Origin: a virus | DNA length: 64,000 bases | Direction: 5' to 3' (one strand) | IMG/VR virus record: IMGVR_UViG_3300015263_000719 | Location: 1 to 64,000 of that record | In this document: positions 49,201 through 57,191 of the stretch, piece by piece | How the letters are laid out: the number at the start of each line of letters is the position of its first letter | Position numbering within the stretch: the first letter of the stretch is position 1 | Notes under the pieces: generated by a model | Seen by the model: only the letters and a program-made list of their open reading frames with translations | Database searches by the model: none | Told to the model about the DNA's origin: nothing | Position numbers and translations under genes: made by a program

Positions 49201-50267
49201 AATACATCAGCAGTAGTATTTGCTGTTGTAGAACCTGCATCTCCTGTAAATGTAGCCCAAAGATTTGGTGTTACAGAGAGAACATTGGAATAATCTATTT
49301 TCTTGAGAGAATTATCAGTAGCATCCCACAATAATAAGTAGTCTCCTGTAACTGGTGTTACAGCAGTCTTATTGGATATGATAGATTCATGTGCAATAAG
49401 AGCTGAAGGACTAGTGCTTTCTACTTCTCCTGTATGTAATTGGTTAGGATCATCATTTGTAATTGTTATAGTATTAGGTGTAATTGTAGTAGTTATACTT
49501 GTTCCACCAACTATATTAAGGAAATCTGTAGTAGATGCTGCAGCATATGAACCAACATCACCTATAACATTAGTATAGACATTTTGATCAGGATCTCCTG
49601 CAATAGTAGTAATGTCTACTTCAAGCAAAGTACCATCAGTAGCAAATATTGGTGCATATGTAGATTGAACCTTTCCAAGATTCACATCTGTTTTAACACC
49701 TGTACCATAATCATCCCATTGCATGTTACCATGACCTATGTTATAATTATTAGAAGCATTGATTTCAAAACCTGTTGAAAAAGAATCATTATAATCTCCT
49801 AAAAATACTTGTTGACTAGGTACATCTATACCTACTCCTATACCATTAGTAACATTATCAAAGTCACCAAGATGTACTTCTCCTCCACCTACATTGGATT
49901 CAAGATATATTTGTGTACTGGAACTTCCTACTTTCCACCATGCATTAAGATCATCTTCAGTATTAAACCAAAGAAACTTTCCATCATGAGTAACAGTTCT
50001 ATTTGTTTGAATAGAATCATCATCAGTATAGATATTCTTTGTAACATAAGGTGTAGTATCCCATACAATTACATTATTATTTAATGCCCAGCTAAACCAT
50101 TGTCCTAGTTCTATTGAATAATTAGGAACAGTAGGTGTAGGTTGAACAAGTCCCATATGACTTGTCTTCCTAACAGTTCTTTCAGACCTGAAAATATTAT
50201 CAGGAATGAATAATTTATCAGGAAACCTATCTGGTGCATTTCTATTAGGTCTAAATATTCCAGCCAT
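46254..50267 (-). CDS. long repeat-rich fibre protein (1337 aa)
   Basis: Four about 45-aa NLW.T...D.GST.A....D.L.I.GG..I.T.I.GDTITI repeats plus DTxIY and YLxVDAxGNVIE modules. Confidence 0.75.
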   Translation of the reverse strand: MAGIFRPNRNAPDRFPDKLFIPDNIFRSERTVRKTSHMGLVQPTPTVPNYSIELGQWFSWALNNNVIVWDTTPYVTKNIYTDDDSIQTNRTVTHDGKFLWFNTEDDLNAWWKVGSSSTQIYLESNVGGGEVHLGDFDNVTNGIGVGIDVPSQQVFLGDYNDSFSTGFEINASNNYNIGHGNMQWDDYGTGVKTDVNLGKVQSTYAPIFATDGTLLEVDITTIAGDPDQNVYTNVIGDVGSYAAASTTDFLNIVGGTSITTTITPNTITITNDDPNQLHTGEVESTSPSALIAHESIISNKTAVTPVTGDYLLLWDATDNSLKKIDYSNVLSVTPNLWATFTGDAGSTTANTTADVFNIVGGAGIATAIVGDTITITNTGAGAVTTASNALQKVANDIQLGNTASGTGAADMTRNSYIYMNTFDLFFESPTENIMHIDVSGHSVTVGDTVAGTTQAILRVYESGATPTFYYGGGQLMVQHSNTTGDDAGIVMVSGDTGTNFIAFQNESGSDLGVFQYSNAFNGFEWIYDGATKAVFDGGQWQWNDYGLGSFTGTATYYLAVDASGNVIEEPIPGGGGVDTGIYVGSGTVPTSVVATLTDSLWWRWTGTQFINFDDAVPSQYLYSRYDNNGFTGWLLRNADPGTSAHFRLTLQTEDGGGDPFMYFSINGSTNWSLGIDNSDSDTFKLINNFSMTSGARLEMTTAGALQLNSYGVGTFTGTPAYYLLVDATGNVIEVPYAAGSLQNIWYTIVADTGSTVASTPTDALEILGGTDISTTIVGDTLTIDYIGAGGSDTTIYDTDGSITATETRTLSGTAAETLIFNFVQGATSSTQQWDYDELLRDVTVSGGDSMSEIFNDNIYTRTASNSAGTQTTFINHTDSLMQISKTHDTLYNHDLSFFAGSAFLRIENLVTAYDTRVELNNGTSVEMITESSGNTGRISVVNSGTVSEIRLNTKGISDATVAAGYVFTLVDVADGYGEWQPGASSQNLWETITSDSGSTLASSPVDTLTITGTGGITTSITGDTITIDGSGVAGADTNIYDDSGVLSANRNVDLDIYGLTIDGLTSSNLYTKWDETANRWITYSLQGSQYLAVKVGTGQTAQIGAWSSSVDSTTSNHLEADSDGVGLYRRVATADNEYIKIFDTGASPNNGYIGIHSENSGYDGDILIDGPEINLTTTTVGSGYSDVHLEGGGLVNQLTLTVTDGSGNTNQLSMNDVETSSSSAWSDTGIKTDGTARNVDHHNYNPGDLDKTRIIRYNSTGFHYLTGMLASHAQDGFIVEIWNIGTVAFNLEYESASSSPANRFILPGMVDYRVNEGGAVILRYDAISSRWRLIAGS

Positions 50268-50277
50268 TATTATATTT

Positions 50278-51819
50278 TTATGTCATTCTTGTGTGTAAAG
50301 TTTGCTCTGTAAGATTATAATAAACCTGTCCTACATTACAACTACCTGTTGCTGCTGCAGTATCATCCACATATACTCCTTGATACATCTCATGATTTTC
50401 ATACAACCATATAACTGATTGTACTTTATCAAAAGAAAAGTAATGTATTGTTTGTGGTCCATTAGAACTACCACCTGTAACATCATCAAAGGATGTAAGT
50501 CCAACCATCATAGTTGGGCTACTGTTACTATCTAATACAAATGAGAAGTTACCTTCTACATCATAAATATTACCTGGTCCTTCTGGAGATTCCTGATAAA
50601 TATAAGTAACAGCTTTAGGTCTGATAGAATCCTGACCATTAGCTAACCATGCATCTATATCAAAACATGTAATTCTCATCTGTCCTTCATCTCCAGTCTG
50701 TCTCATGTGATAAGCTATCAATGCATATCTCTTACCATTTTGATATACTATATCCCAATAAGGCAGACATGATTTAGTAGCTGATTCTTCTCCAAGACTA
50801 ACTCCTACACCTTCTAGTTTTAAGAAACCAGATTGGTAGTTACCATCTTGAATGTCTTGAAAAGTCAATGTTTCATTCTCACCTGCCCATGTTAAACCAT
50901 AATCATGACTTACCATAATAAAAGGATAATGTTCTGAATCATCATTATAGTCAGAAAATCTGCTTATAATAATCCATGTACCATTACCTAAATCTTTCAT
51001 CATGTGTTCACCAAAGTTCCATCCCTTATCTGTATTGTCAAGAGCTGTACTTCTAATAGACCAAGTAAGACCATCATCAAATGATTGTGCTATCCTACAG
51101 TATCTACTGGCTTGAATATCTCTATATGTGATACATATTTCTCCTTGTGGTCCAACTACAAGTTCATCATAATAGACATAACCTATAGAATTAGGAGCCC
51201 AACCTTCAGCAGCTTGAGTCCATGTAGTACCATTATCATCTGAATAATATGTTCTATTCTCTGTGTATGTATTACCACTATTAAAGAATCTTACAAACAT
51301 AAGTATTCTTCCAGTAGGTGTCTGACATACTGCTGGAGCATCAAAGCCACCATTACCATCATCCTGTAGTATAATATCTGCATCAGACAAAGTATCTTTA
51401 CTAGCCCATGTAGCACCACCATCTGTAGAAATAGCTTGATATATACTTGAATCAGAAAAATCAGAGTGGTTAGTAGCACCTCTAAAGTAAGCATGTAATT
51501 CACCATTGTTGGAGTTCTTGAACATGCTAGGCATGTTAAAATAGTCCTTACTATCTGTATCTTCAGCAAAGGAATATCTTTGAATAGTTCCTGTACCTAG
51601 TGTTTTGTCTAAAAAAGTTGTTTCCTCATCATAATATGTTCCAACCTGCACTAGAGTTTTAGTAGTTTCATTGTAGTAATAATCACCTGGTTGAACACCA
51701 TTGTTAATAGCTTCTTCTTCAGATGAATAATAACCAACACTTAAACCATTGCCTTGTTTTAGTAGTAAGAAATGTAACCATTCAAGCTCTGTATATTGTT
51801 TACCTCTGTATAACCTCAT
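50278..51819 (-). CDS. BNR/Asp-box beta-propeller (sialidase-like) virion protein
   Basis: Asp-boxes STDGGATW, SDDNGTTW, SFDDGLTW, SHDYGLTW. Confidence 0.8.
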   Translation of the reverse strand: MRLYRGKQYTELEWLHFLLLKQGNGLSVGYYSSEEEAINNGVQPGDYYYNETTKTLVQVGTYYDEETTFLDKTLGTGTIQRYSFAEDTDSKDYFNMPSMFKNSNNGELHAYFRGATNHSDFSDSSIYQAISTDGGATWASKDTLSDADIILQDDGNGGFDAPAVCQTPTGRILMFVRFFNSGNTYTENRTYYSDDNGTTWTQAAEGWAPNSIGYVYYDELVVGPQGEICITYRDIQASRYCRIAQSFDDGLTWSIRSTALDNTDKGWNFGEHMMKDLGNGTWIIISRFSDYNDDSEHYPFIMVSHDYGLTWAGENETLTFQDIQDGNYQSGFLKLEGVGVSLGEESATKSCLPYWDIVYQNGKRYALIAYHMRQTGDEGQMRITCFDIDAWLANGQDSIRPKAVTYIYQESPEGPGNIYDVEGNFSFVLDSNSSPTMMVGLTSFDDVTGGSSNGPQTIHYFSFDKVQSVIWLYENHEMYQGVYVDDTAAATGSCNVGQVYYNLTEQTLHTRMT

Positions 51820-51845
51820 TATAAGTGTATTAATAATATTATTAT

Positions 51846-51899
51846 GATAACCAATAAGAGTGCTGCTATCACAGATAACAACACAATTATTGGTATTAT
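51846..51899 (-). other. long intergenic RNA stem-loop
   Basis: Minus strand ACCAATAA-TT-GTGTTGTTATC-TGT-GATAGCAGCAC-TC-TTATTGGT with two G.U pairs. Confidence 0.6.
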
Positions 51900-51928
51900 G
51901 TTTATTATTGGAGCATTATTATTTACTC

Positions 51929-52594
51929 CTAGCTCATCCGTGTGTGTATACCACCTGTAGTAGTATTAAAATAGTGTTCTCCTACTATAACTCCACCAGC
52001 AGATGCAGCAGCATCATTGGCATAAGAAGCAGTAGAATCAGCTACAAGGTCAAAACCATTGAATTGAAATGCTGCTGAAACTGAATCATCAATTTCAAAC
52101 ACATTTGAATTTCCTGAAGCTGTAATATCACCCATTCTAATAGCTACACCATCATAAGCATCTAAATCTACAGCAGAACCATTAAATCTTAAATATCCAA
52201 TAGCACCATCATTATTCTTACCCAAGACAACTAAGCTTGAAGCAGAATTGATAAGTAAACCACCTGAAGTATTTCCAAAGTCTGTAATAGAAAATGAAGT
52301 ACCAGCACCAATAGTATGTGCTCTACTTTCAGTAGTAGTAAAATTAGTATTTGCAAAATTAGTATCAGCACCTGTAATGCTAATCCAACCTTGATTAATA
52401 GCGTAAGTTATCCACTCTCCTAATTCTATACCATAACCCTTTACACCACCAGTAACAGAAGATTGTGTAGCATTATTCCCAAGCTGAGAACCCAGTACAT
52501 TTCTTTTGTTTGGTAATCTTTCGGGGAGGTCTAACCAGACTTTATCTGGATACCTAGCAAATTTACTTTTGAAATTGCCTCGAAATAATCCCAT
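51929..52594 (-). CDS. short head/tail fibre-like protein
   Basis: N-terminal module shared with 46254-50267 and 52625-53464; C-terminal module shared with 50278-51819. Confidence 0.6.
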   Translation of the reverse strand: MGLFRGNFKSKFARYPDKVWLDLPERLPNKRNVLGSQLGNNATQSSVTGGVKGYGIELGEWITYAINQGWISITGADTNFANTNFTTTESRAHTIGAGTSFSITDFGNTSGGLLINSASSLVVLGKNNDGAIGYLRFNGSAVDLDAYDGVAIRMGDITASGNSNVFEIDDSVSAAFQFNGFDLVADSTASYANDAAASAGGVIVGEHYFNTTTGGIHTRMS

Positions 52595-52624
52595 TTTATT
52601 TTATTTTTATTTTATATTAACTTA

Positions 52625-53464
52625 TTAATGTAAAGCAGTCCATGTACCATTTACATATCCCCAGAATCCAATCTGAGTAATAGCTCCTGAAGTAGATGTT
52701 GCATATACTATCATACCGTTACTTGGAGTAAGTGCTACTACTTGAGCTCCTGTCATTCTAGGCATAATTACTCCACCTGTTGTAGAAGAAAAAGTAAAGT
52801 CTCCTGTTTGATCATTTATAGTTAAGAAGGTTGTATTTCCATTATCATCATAATCTCCTAATGCTATCATAGCATTTACAGTAGTTCCAGCATTATAATG
52901 TCCTTGTATCTTTACAGCAGTAGTAGATAATGGATCATTAGTAATTAAAATATGTCCTCCATTATAGTCTTCAGAACTAACAGTATATCCCATTGTGAGA
53001 TTACCAGTAGCAGCTCTCATAGTTAGATTAGATCCAGTACCTACTTGAAAGAAAGGTCTATCAATAGTACCCCATTCAGTAGAACTAATTCTAACATAGC
53101 CAGAAGTAGCATTTCTACCTAGTCTAAGCTGAAATTGATTTTCATCAGCATCACCATCATATATATTAAAATCGAAAGTCTCTGTAGTTTCAGATAAACC
53201 TATAGTGTGACTTCTACTAGTAGATGAAGTTAAGTTTGTATTAAAAGCATTAGTGTTTGTATCACCATTAGCTATCCAACCTTGTGCAATAGCATGACTA
53301 ACCCAGTCAGCTAAATCAACACCATATGTTCCTTTAGCTGGATTATGTCTAGGAGTAGATTGAGAAATACTAGCCATATTATTAGCCTTTGCAGACTTTC
53401 TAATATTAGCTCTATCTTTTATATTATTAACCACTAAATTCCGTGGATATCTTTCATTAGCCAT
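52625..53464 (-). CDS. short head/tail fibre-like protein
   Basis: Shared N-terminal module; C-terminal GVIMPRMT..GMIVY..GFWGYVNGTW fibre-tip motif. Confidence 0.65.
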   Translation of the reverse strand: MANERYPRNLVVNNIKDRANIRKSAKANNMASISQSTPRHNPAKGTYGVDLADWVSHAIAQGWIANGDTNTNAFNTNLTSSTSRSHTIGLSETTETFDFNIYDGDADENQFQLRLGRNATSGYVRISSTEWGTIDRPFFQVGTGSNLTMRAATGNLTMGYTVSSEDYNGGHILITNDPLSTTAVKIQGHYNAGTTVNAMIALGDYDDNGNTTFLTINDQTGDFTFSSTTGGVIMPRMTGAQVVALTPSNGMIVYATSTSGAITQIGFWGYVNGTWTALH

Positions 53465-53476
53465 ATTCTATGTATT

Positions 53477-53507
53477 AAAAAAAAGGAGATTCGATTGAAT
53501 CTCCTTT
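53477..53507 (-). terminator. intrinsic terminator
   Basis: AAAGGAGATTC-GATT-GAATCTCCTTT stem with T8 tract on the minus strand. Confidence 0.85.
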
Positions 53508-53519
53508 ATAAGTTAATTA

Positions 53520-55214
53520 TTACCCAAAGTAGACTCCTGTTCCCAAGTCCATTCCTGAAGGATCTGATGATCCATCTGGAGCAGCTAATCCTGGTAAGTT
53601 AGGATCTAAATTAAGAGTAAATGCTTTACCATATTCCCTGGCTGAATCTAACCAATATCCTAAGATACCATTGAGGTCAGTAACTGTTGTAGGTTGATCG
53701 TTTACACAATTGTAAACAGTAACTACATTACCAGATACAGAAGCAACTGTGCCAGCAATAGTAGCTTCAACAGTTGTTGCAAAATCTGCAGCAGTTCCAT
53801 CATAACCTACATTAGCACCAGCTACACCATCAACTGCAGAATCATTCTCAAATACTATACTACCAAGAGTAATAGTATCTCCATCATTAGGTGCAAGAGT
53901 AACTACATCATAGCTACCAGCAACACCAGCTTCAACACAAGTACAAGTAGTACTCATGAGAACAATAACTCTTTTTTGAGTTTGTTGATCTGTAGTAAGT
54001 GAAGGATCAGTATCCCAAAAATCAATTATAAAAGCAGAATAATCCAATGTTTCATCAATTCCATTAGGAATATCAATTACATTGTCTTTATGCCCTGTTA
54101 ATTGAAGATTGTATTGACCTCCAAATGCTCTGGAATCATATCTAATCCTCCATTGACGACCAGATGTTCCACCATCATAAGCATTGGAAATTTTCAAACT
54201 TGAGAATAATGGATCAATTCTTAAACCATCTGCAAGCTCAACATCAACTCTTACCTTAGTAGAATAAATGTCATCATAAGCTTCACCGATATCCTGATCT
54301 AGTCCCATAACTACAAAGCTGTCAATTGCAGGAGTACCAGCAGTACCAGCAGTTCCAATATTAACCAACTCAATTGTAGAAGCAGCAGTAAATGGAGTTG
54401 AGCTATTAGTCAACCAATCATTTACAGTTTCTACAAAAGCAGCATCTGCAATATAGTTATTAGTAATAGTAGTACCATTACGACTTGTTACTATTACAGG
54501 AATGACATCACCACATGCAATTGTACCCAAGGCAGTACCAACACCACCTGATACATCAATACCAAATGCAATTACTGGTTTGTTACCTTTAGAAGTATAC
54601 TTTGGTGAAGTACTTACAGCTTGAGATTGCAAGTTAACCTTATGAATAAGATTAGCAAGCAAATGTGCCTGAGTATCAACGATAGCAGCTAAAGCTGAAT
54701 ATTCAGGTGACTGATAAGTAACTGGCAAAGTATCTACATTATTACCGTAGTCTCTGTCATTTCTAACAGATCTCATTTCAATATACATTTTGTATTGTGT
54801 CAAATCAGCAGGAACTGCTGCATCGAAATTCCAAAATGCTTGAGAGCCATAAGTAGGAGTTGTGCTCAATCTTGCAGAAAAAGATCTAATCTTATTTCTG
54901 TGAAGAATAGCTGACTCATTATGACCTCTACGGATATCCCAACCTCTAACTGAAGAAGTGTTAGCTGAATAAACAGTTCCACCCACCAATTTGATAGAAT
55001 CCACATCTAAAGCAGATGTAGAAGCTGGCATGAAATCTCCGAAATTAAGACCTGGTAAATTCACATTATGAGTAGCTACAAGTACTCCTAACTGTCCATT
55101 AGTAATATTAACGGAGTTAGTAGTAGTTGAAAGCTGACCTGCAGCCTGTAAATTTTGATCTCCAGTTGGAACAAAAATTTGTTCCAAATGTGGCATATTA
55201 TTTCTTTTAGCCAT
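53520..55214 (-). CDS. structural protein, probable auxiliary capsid/decoration protein
   Basis: Position after MCP, gene 75-like and ring genes; followed by a strong terminator. Confidence 0.45.
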   Translation of the reverse strand: MAKRNNMPHLEQIFVPTGDQNLQAAGQLSTTTNSVNITNGQLGVLVATHNVNLPGLNFGDFMPASTSALDVDSIKLVGGTVYSANTSSVRGWDIRRGHNESAILHRNKIRSFSARLSTTPTYGSQAFWNFDAAVPADLTQYKMYIEMRSVRNDRDYGNNVDTLPVTYQSPEYSALAAIVDTQAHLLANLIHKVNLQSQAVSTSPKYTSKGNKPVIAFGIDVSGGVGTALGTIACGDVIPVIVTSRNGTTITNNYIADAAFVETVNDWLTNSSTPFTAASTIELVNIGTAGTAGTPAIDSFVVMGLDQDIGEAYDDIYSTKVRVDVELADGLRIDPLFSSLKISNAYDGGTSGRQWRIRYDSRAFGGQYNLQLTGHKDNVIDIPNGIDETLDYSAFIIDFWDTDPSLTTDQQTQKRVIVLMSTTCTCVEAGVAGSYDVVTLAPNDGDTITLGSIVFENDSAVDGVAGANVGYDGTAADFATTVEATIAGTVASVSGNVVTVYNCVNDQPTTVTDLNGILGYWLDSAREYGKAFTLNLDPNLPGLAAPDGSSDPSGMDLGTGVYFG

Positions 55215-55239
55215 TTTGTTTAAAATTTTAAAAAATTAT

Positions 55240-55995
55240 TTAATGTCCTATCTCAGTAATTCTTGTTTTCCTGAGATTAAATCCGTCAACATCTACAATA
55301 ATTCTAGTAGCTTCCTGAACTGCTATATCTAATACCAGATCATGATACTGACTAGGTAAGTCACAGTTGACTTGTGGCTTAATTCCTGGAGAAGGATTTG
55401 CTAAAGTTGGAACATCTGTATAAGTACCTAAAGCAACCTCTGCAGGTTCTTTCAAGTATTCAATATAAAGTCCATCAATTTCAAACTCTCCATTAGTGTA
55501 TACATATAAACTATATTCAGTATTTGGATCAGAACTTCCTTTAATTTGACCTATAGCTCTCTGCCATAATTTAGAAGGAGCTTTGTCAACATCTTCAAGT
55601 GTTCTGTATAAATTCTGAGTTCTGTCAATGTTCACTGTAAAAAAATCATCACAATCAGTTATCTTTACTTTAGCTGTAATAAAGTGAGCATAAGGTTTAG
55701 ATAAACCTGAAAGATCAAATTCATAGTATTTCAAAGTTGAATTAAAATTAGTAGGAGCAAGAAGAGGTTCATTAGAAACTACAAGAGTTGCTAACATATC
55801 TGTTCTTTGTTGAGTTACTTCAAAGCCTAATTTATAGCCTTTTCTATTCTCACCAGACCAGAATATTTCCTCATATTCTCTTATTCCTCTATTGATGAAT
55901 AAATCTATTTCAGCAGCCGAAAATGTTTTTTTATGATTTGAGTTAACCTTATTATATAATATTGGAAACTCTACATGCATTTTCTCTATTACCAT
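55240..55995 (-). CDS. tail ring protein (crAss gene 74-like)
   Basis: MHVEF.ILYNKV, EIDLFIN, GFEVTQQRTDML, YLKEP, CDLP...H..VLDIAV. Confidence 0.75.
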   Translation of the reverse strand: MVIEKMHVEFPILYNKVNSNHKKTFSAAEIDLFINRGIREYEEIFWSGENRKGYKLGFEVTQQRTDMLATLVVSNEPLLAPTNFNSTLKYYEFDLSGLSKPYAHFITAKVKITDCDDFFTVNIDRTQNLYRTLEDVDKAPSKLWQRAIGQIKGSSDPNTEYSLYVYTNGEFEIDGLYIEYLKEPAEVALGTYTDVPTLANPSPGIKPQVNCDLPSQYHDLVLDIAVQEATRIIVDVDGFNLRKTRITEIGH

Positions 55996-57107
55996 TATTC
56001 TTCAGTTTTAATTCCTTTAGTTTTTAATTCCTGTAATAAGTCATTATAGTGATTCTCTACTATATCTTCTTCACCATATTTAATGAATTCATCATAGAAA
56101 AGTTTAAACACTTTTTTCTCATTACTTCCAAGATCAAATAAATTACTTACATCTTTCTTTGAATGCCAAATGTAGTGACCTGAATTAACAGACATTACAT
56201 GTGAATTTAAAGCTTGTTGAATAAGATATTTAATCCATAATTTTTCAAGACCTTCCTTACCTTGTTGAATCAACGCATAAAGTTCATTGAACTTATCAAT
56301 GTTCTTTAATTGAGTCTTAGTGTTGGAAGCAATAAAGGAGTTTAATGCTCCTTTCAAGGTATGTTCATTAACAATACCTTTTACTTGACCTAGTACAACA
56401 GCAACCTGATATCTCACAAAGAAAGTAAAATTCCTTCTTAAAAGAGTTAAATCAGTAATTGCGTCATTAATAATATCTTGTTTGTTGTTTCTTTCAATTA
56501 CTGCTTCATCTTCAGTTGCAATAAAAAAGTCATGTTTTGACGGATTAATTGCATCTTTGTCTTTAGCAATCTTTTTAGAAACTTTAGCCAGCTCCATGAT
56601 TAAAGCAGATCTTAGAGTTGTATCATCCAACCTGTTTGATCTATCATAGAATACTGCCTGAAATGTCTCAAGATAATTTGCTTTATCACTATCTTTTCTT
56701 TGTCTTAAAGAAAAGTGTAGATTTTTCTGATCAGTTAAGAATCCTTCTGGTTTATTAAATCGTACTTCTAATTCTAATTGTTTGGTGATTTCTGGATATG
56801 TAACAAGTTTTTCAACTTGATTCATCCAGTTAGCTCCTACAAAATAATGTTCTGGAAGACCCTCATTTACATTTTTCGGATCTTTGTTATACCAGGGATT
56901 GTCAACCATTCTTCCTAATCCTGTTACAATAGCTGTTCCATCTGAAGTTGCAGGAAAATTATAAATCTTACCTACATCTTTTGCAAAACTTCTATTGGCA
57001 TTTATTAATTCTCCCGTTGGAGAAACATAGTGATAATTTGATCTACCTTGTACAGAAGTTCTCTGTACTGGTTTGATAAACATTGTTGTCACTGTACGCT
57101 TTTTCAT
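55995..57107 (-). CDS. conserved crAss-like protein after MCP (gene 75-like)
   Basis: Synteny MCP-75-74; 370 aa. Confidence 0.55.
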   Translation of the reverse strand: MKKRTVTTMFIKPVQRTSVQGRSNYHYVSPTGELINANRSFAKDVGKIYNFPATSDGTAIVTGLGRMVDNPWYNKDPKNVNEGLPEHYFVGANWMNQVEKLVTYPEITKQLELEVRFNKPEGFLTDQKNLHFSLRQRKDSDKANYLETFQAVFYDRSNRLDDTTLRSALIMELAKVSKKIAKDKDAINPSKHDFFIATEDEAVIERNNKQDIINDAITDLTLLRRNFTFFVRYQVAVVLGQVKGIVNEHTLKGALNSFIASNTKTQLKNIDKFNELYALIQQGKEGLEKLWIKYLIQQALNSHVMSVNSGHYIWHSKKDVSNLFDLGSNEKKVFKLFYDEFIKYGEEDIVENHYNDLLQELKTKGIKTEE

Positions 57108-57142
57108 AGCTTTTAACTTTTTTCGTTAGTTATAATATGACA

Positions 57143-57177
57143 TAAAATAGGAAGTCTGTATAAAACAGACCTCCTAT
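57143..57177 (-). terminator. intrinsic terminator after the major capsid gene
   Basis: Minus strand ATAGGAGGTCTGT-TTTAT-ACAGACTTCCTAT followed by TTT. Confidence 0.7.
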
Positions 57178-57191
57178 AAAATAGCAAATTG

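Noticed and set aside
51817-51945. Hydrophobic TM-like reading (..NIIPIIVLLSVIAALLLVIIIILLIHL) reachable by frameshift from the 51929 gene
   Set aside because: No ATG start in that frame within the gap; the gene's normal end (HTRMS) matches its neighbour's (HTRMT); the AT-rich hairpin explains the composition
42197-53464. Diversity-generating retroelement or invertible fibre cassette
   Set aside because: No reverse transcriptase, recombinase or near-identical TR/VR DNA repeats seen; repeats are diverged at protein level
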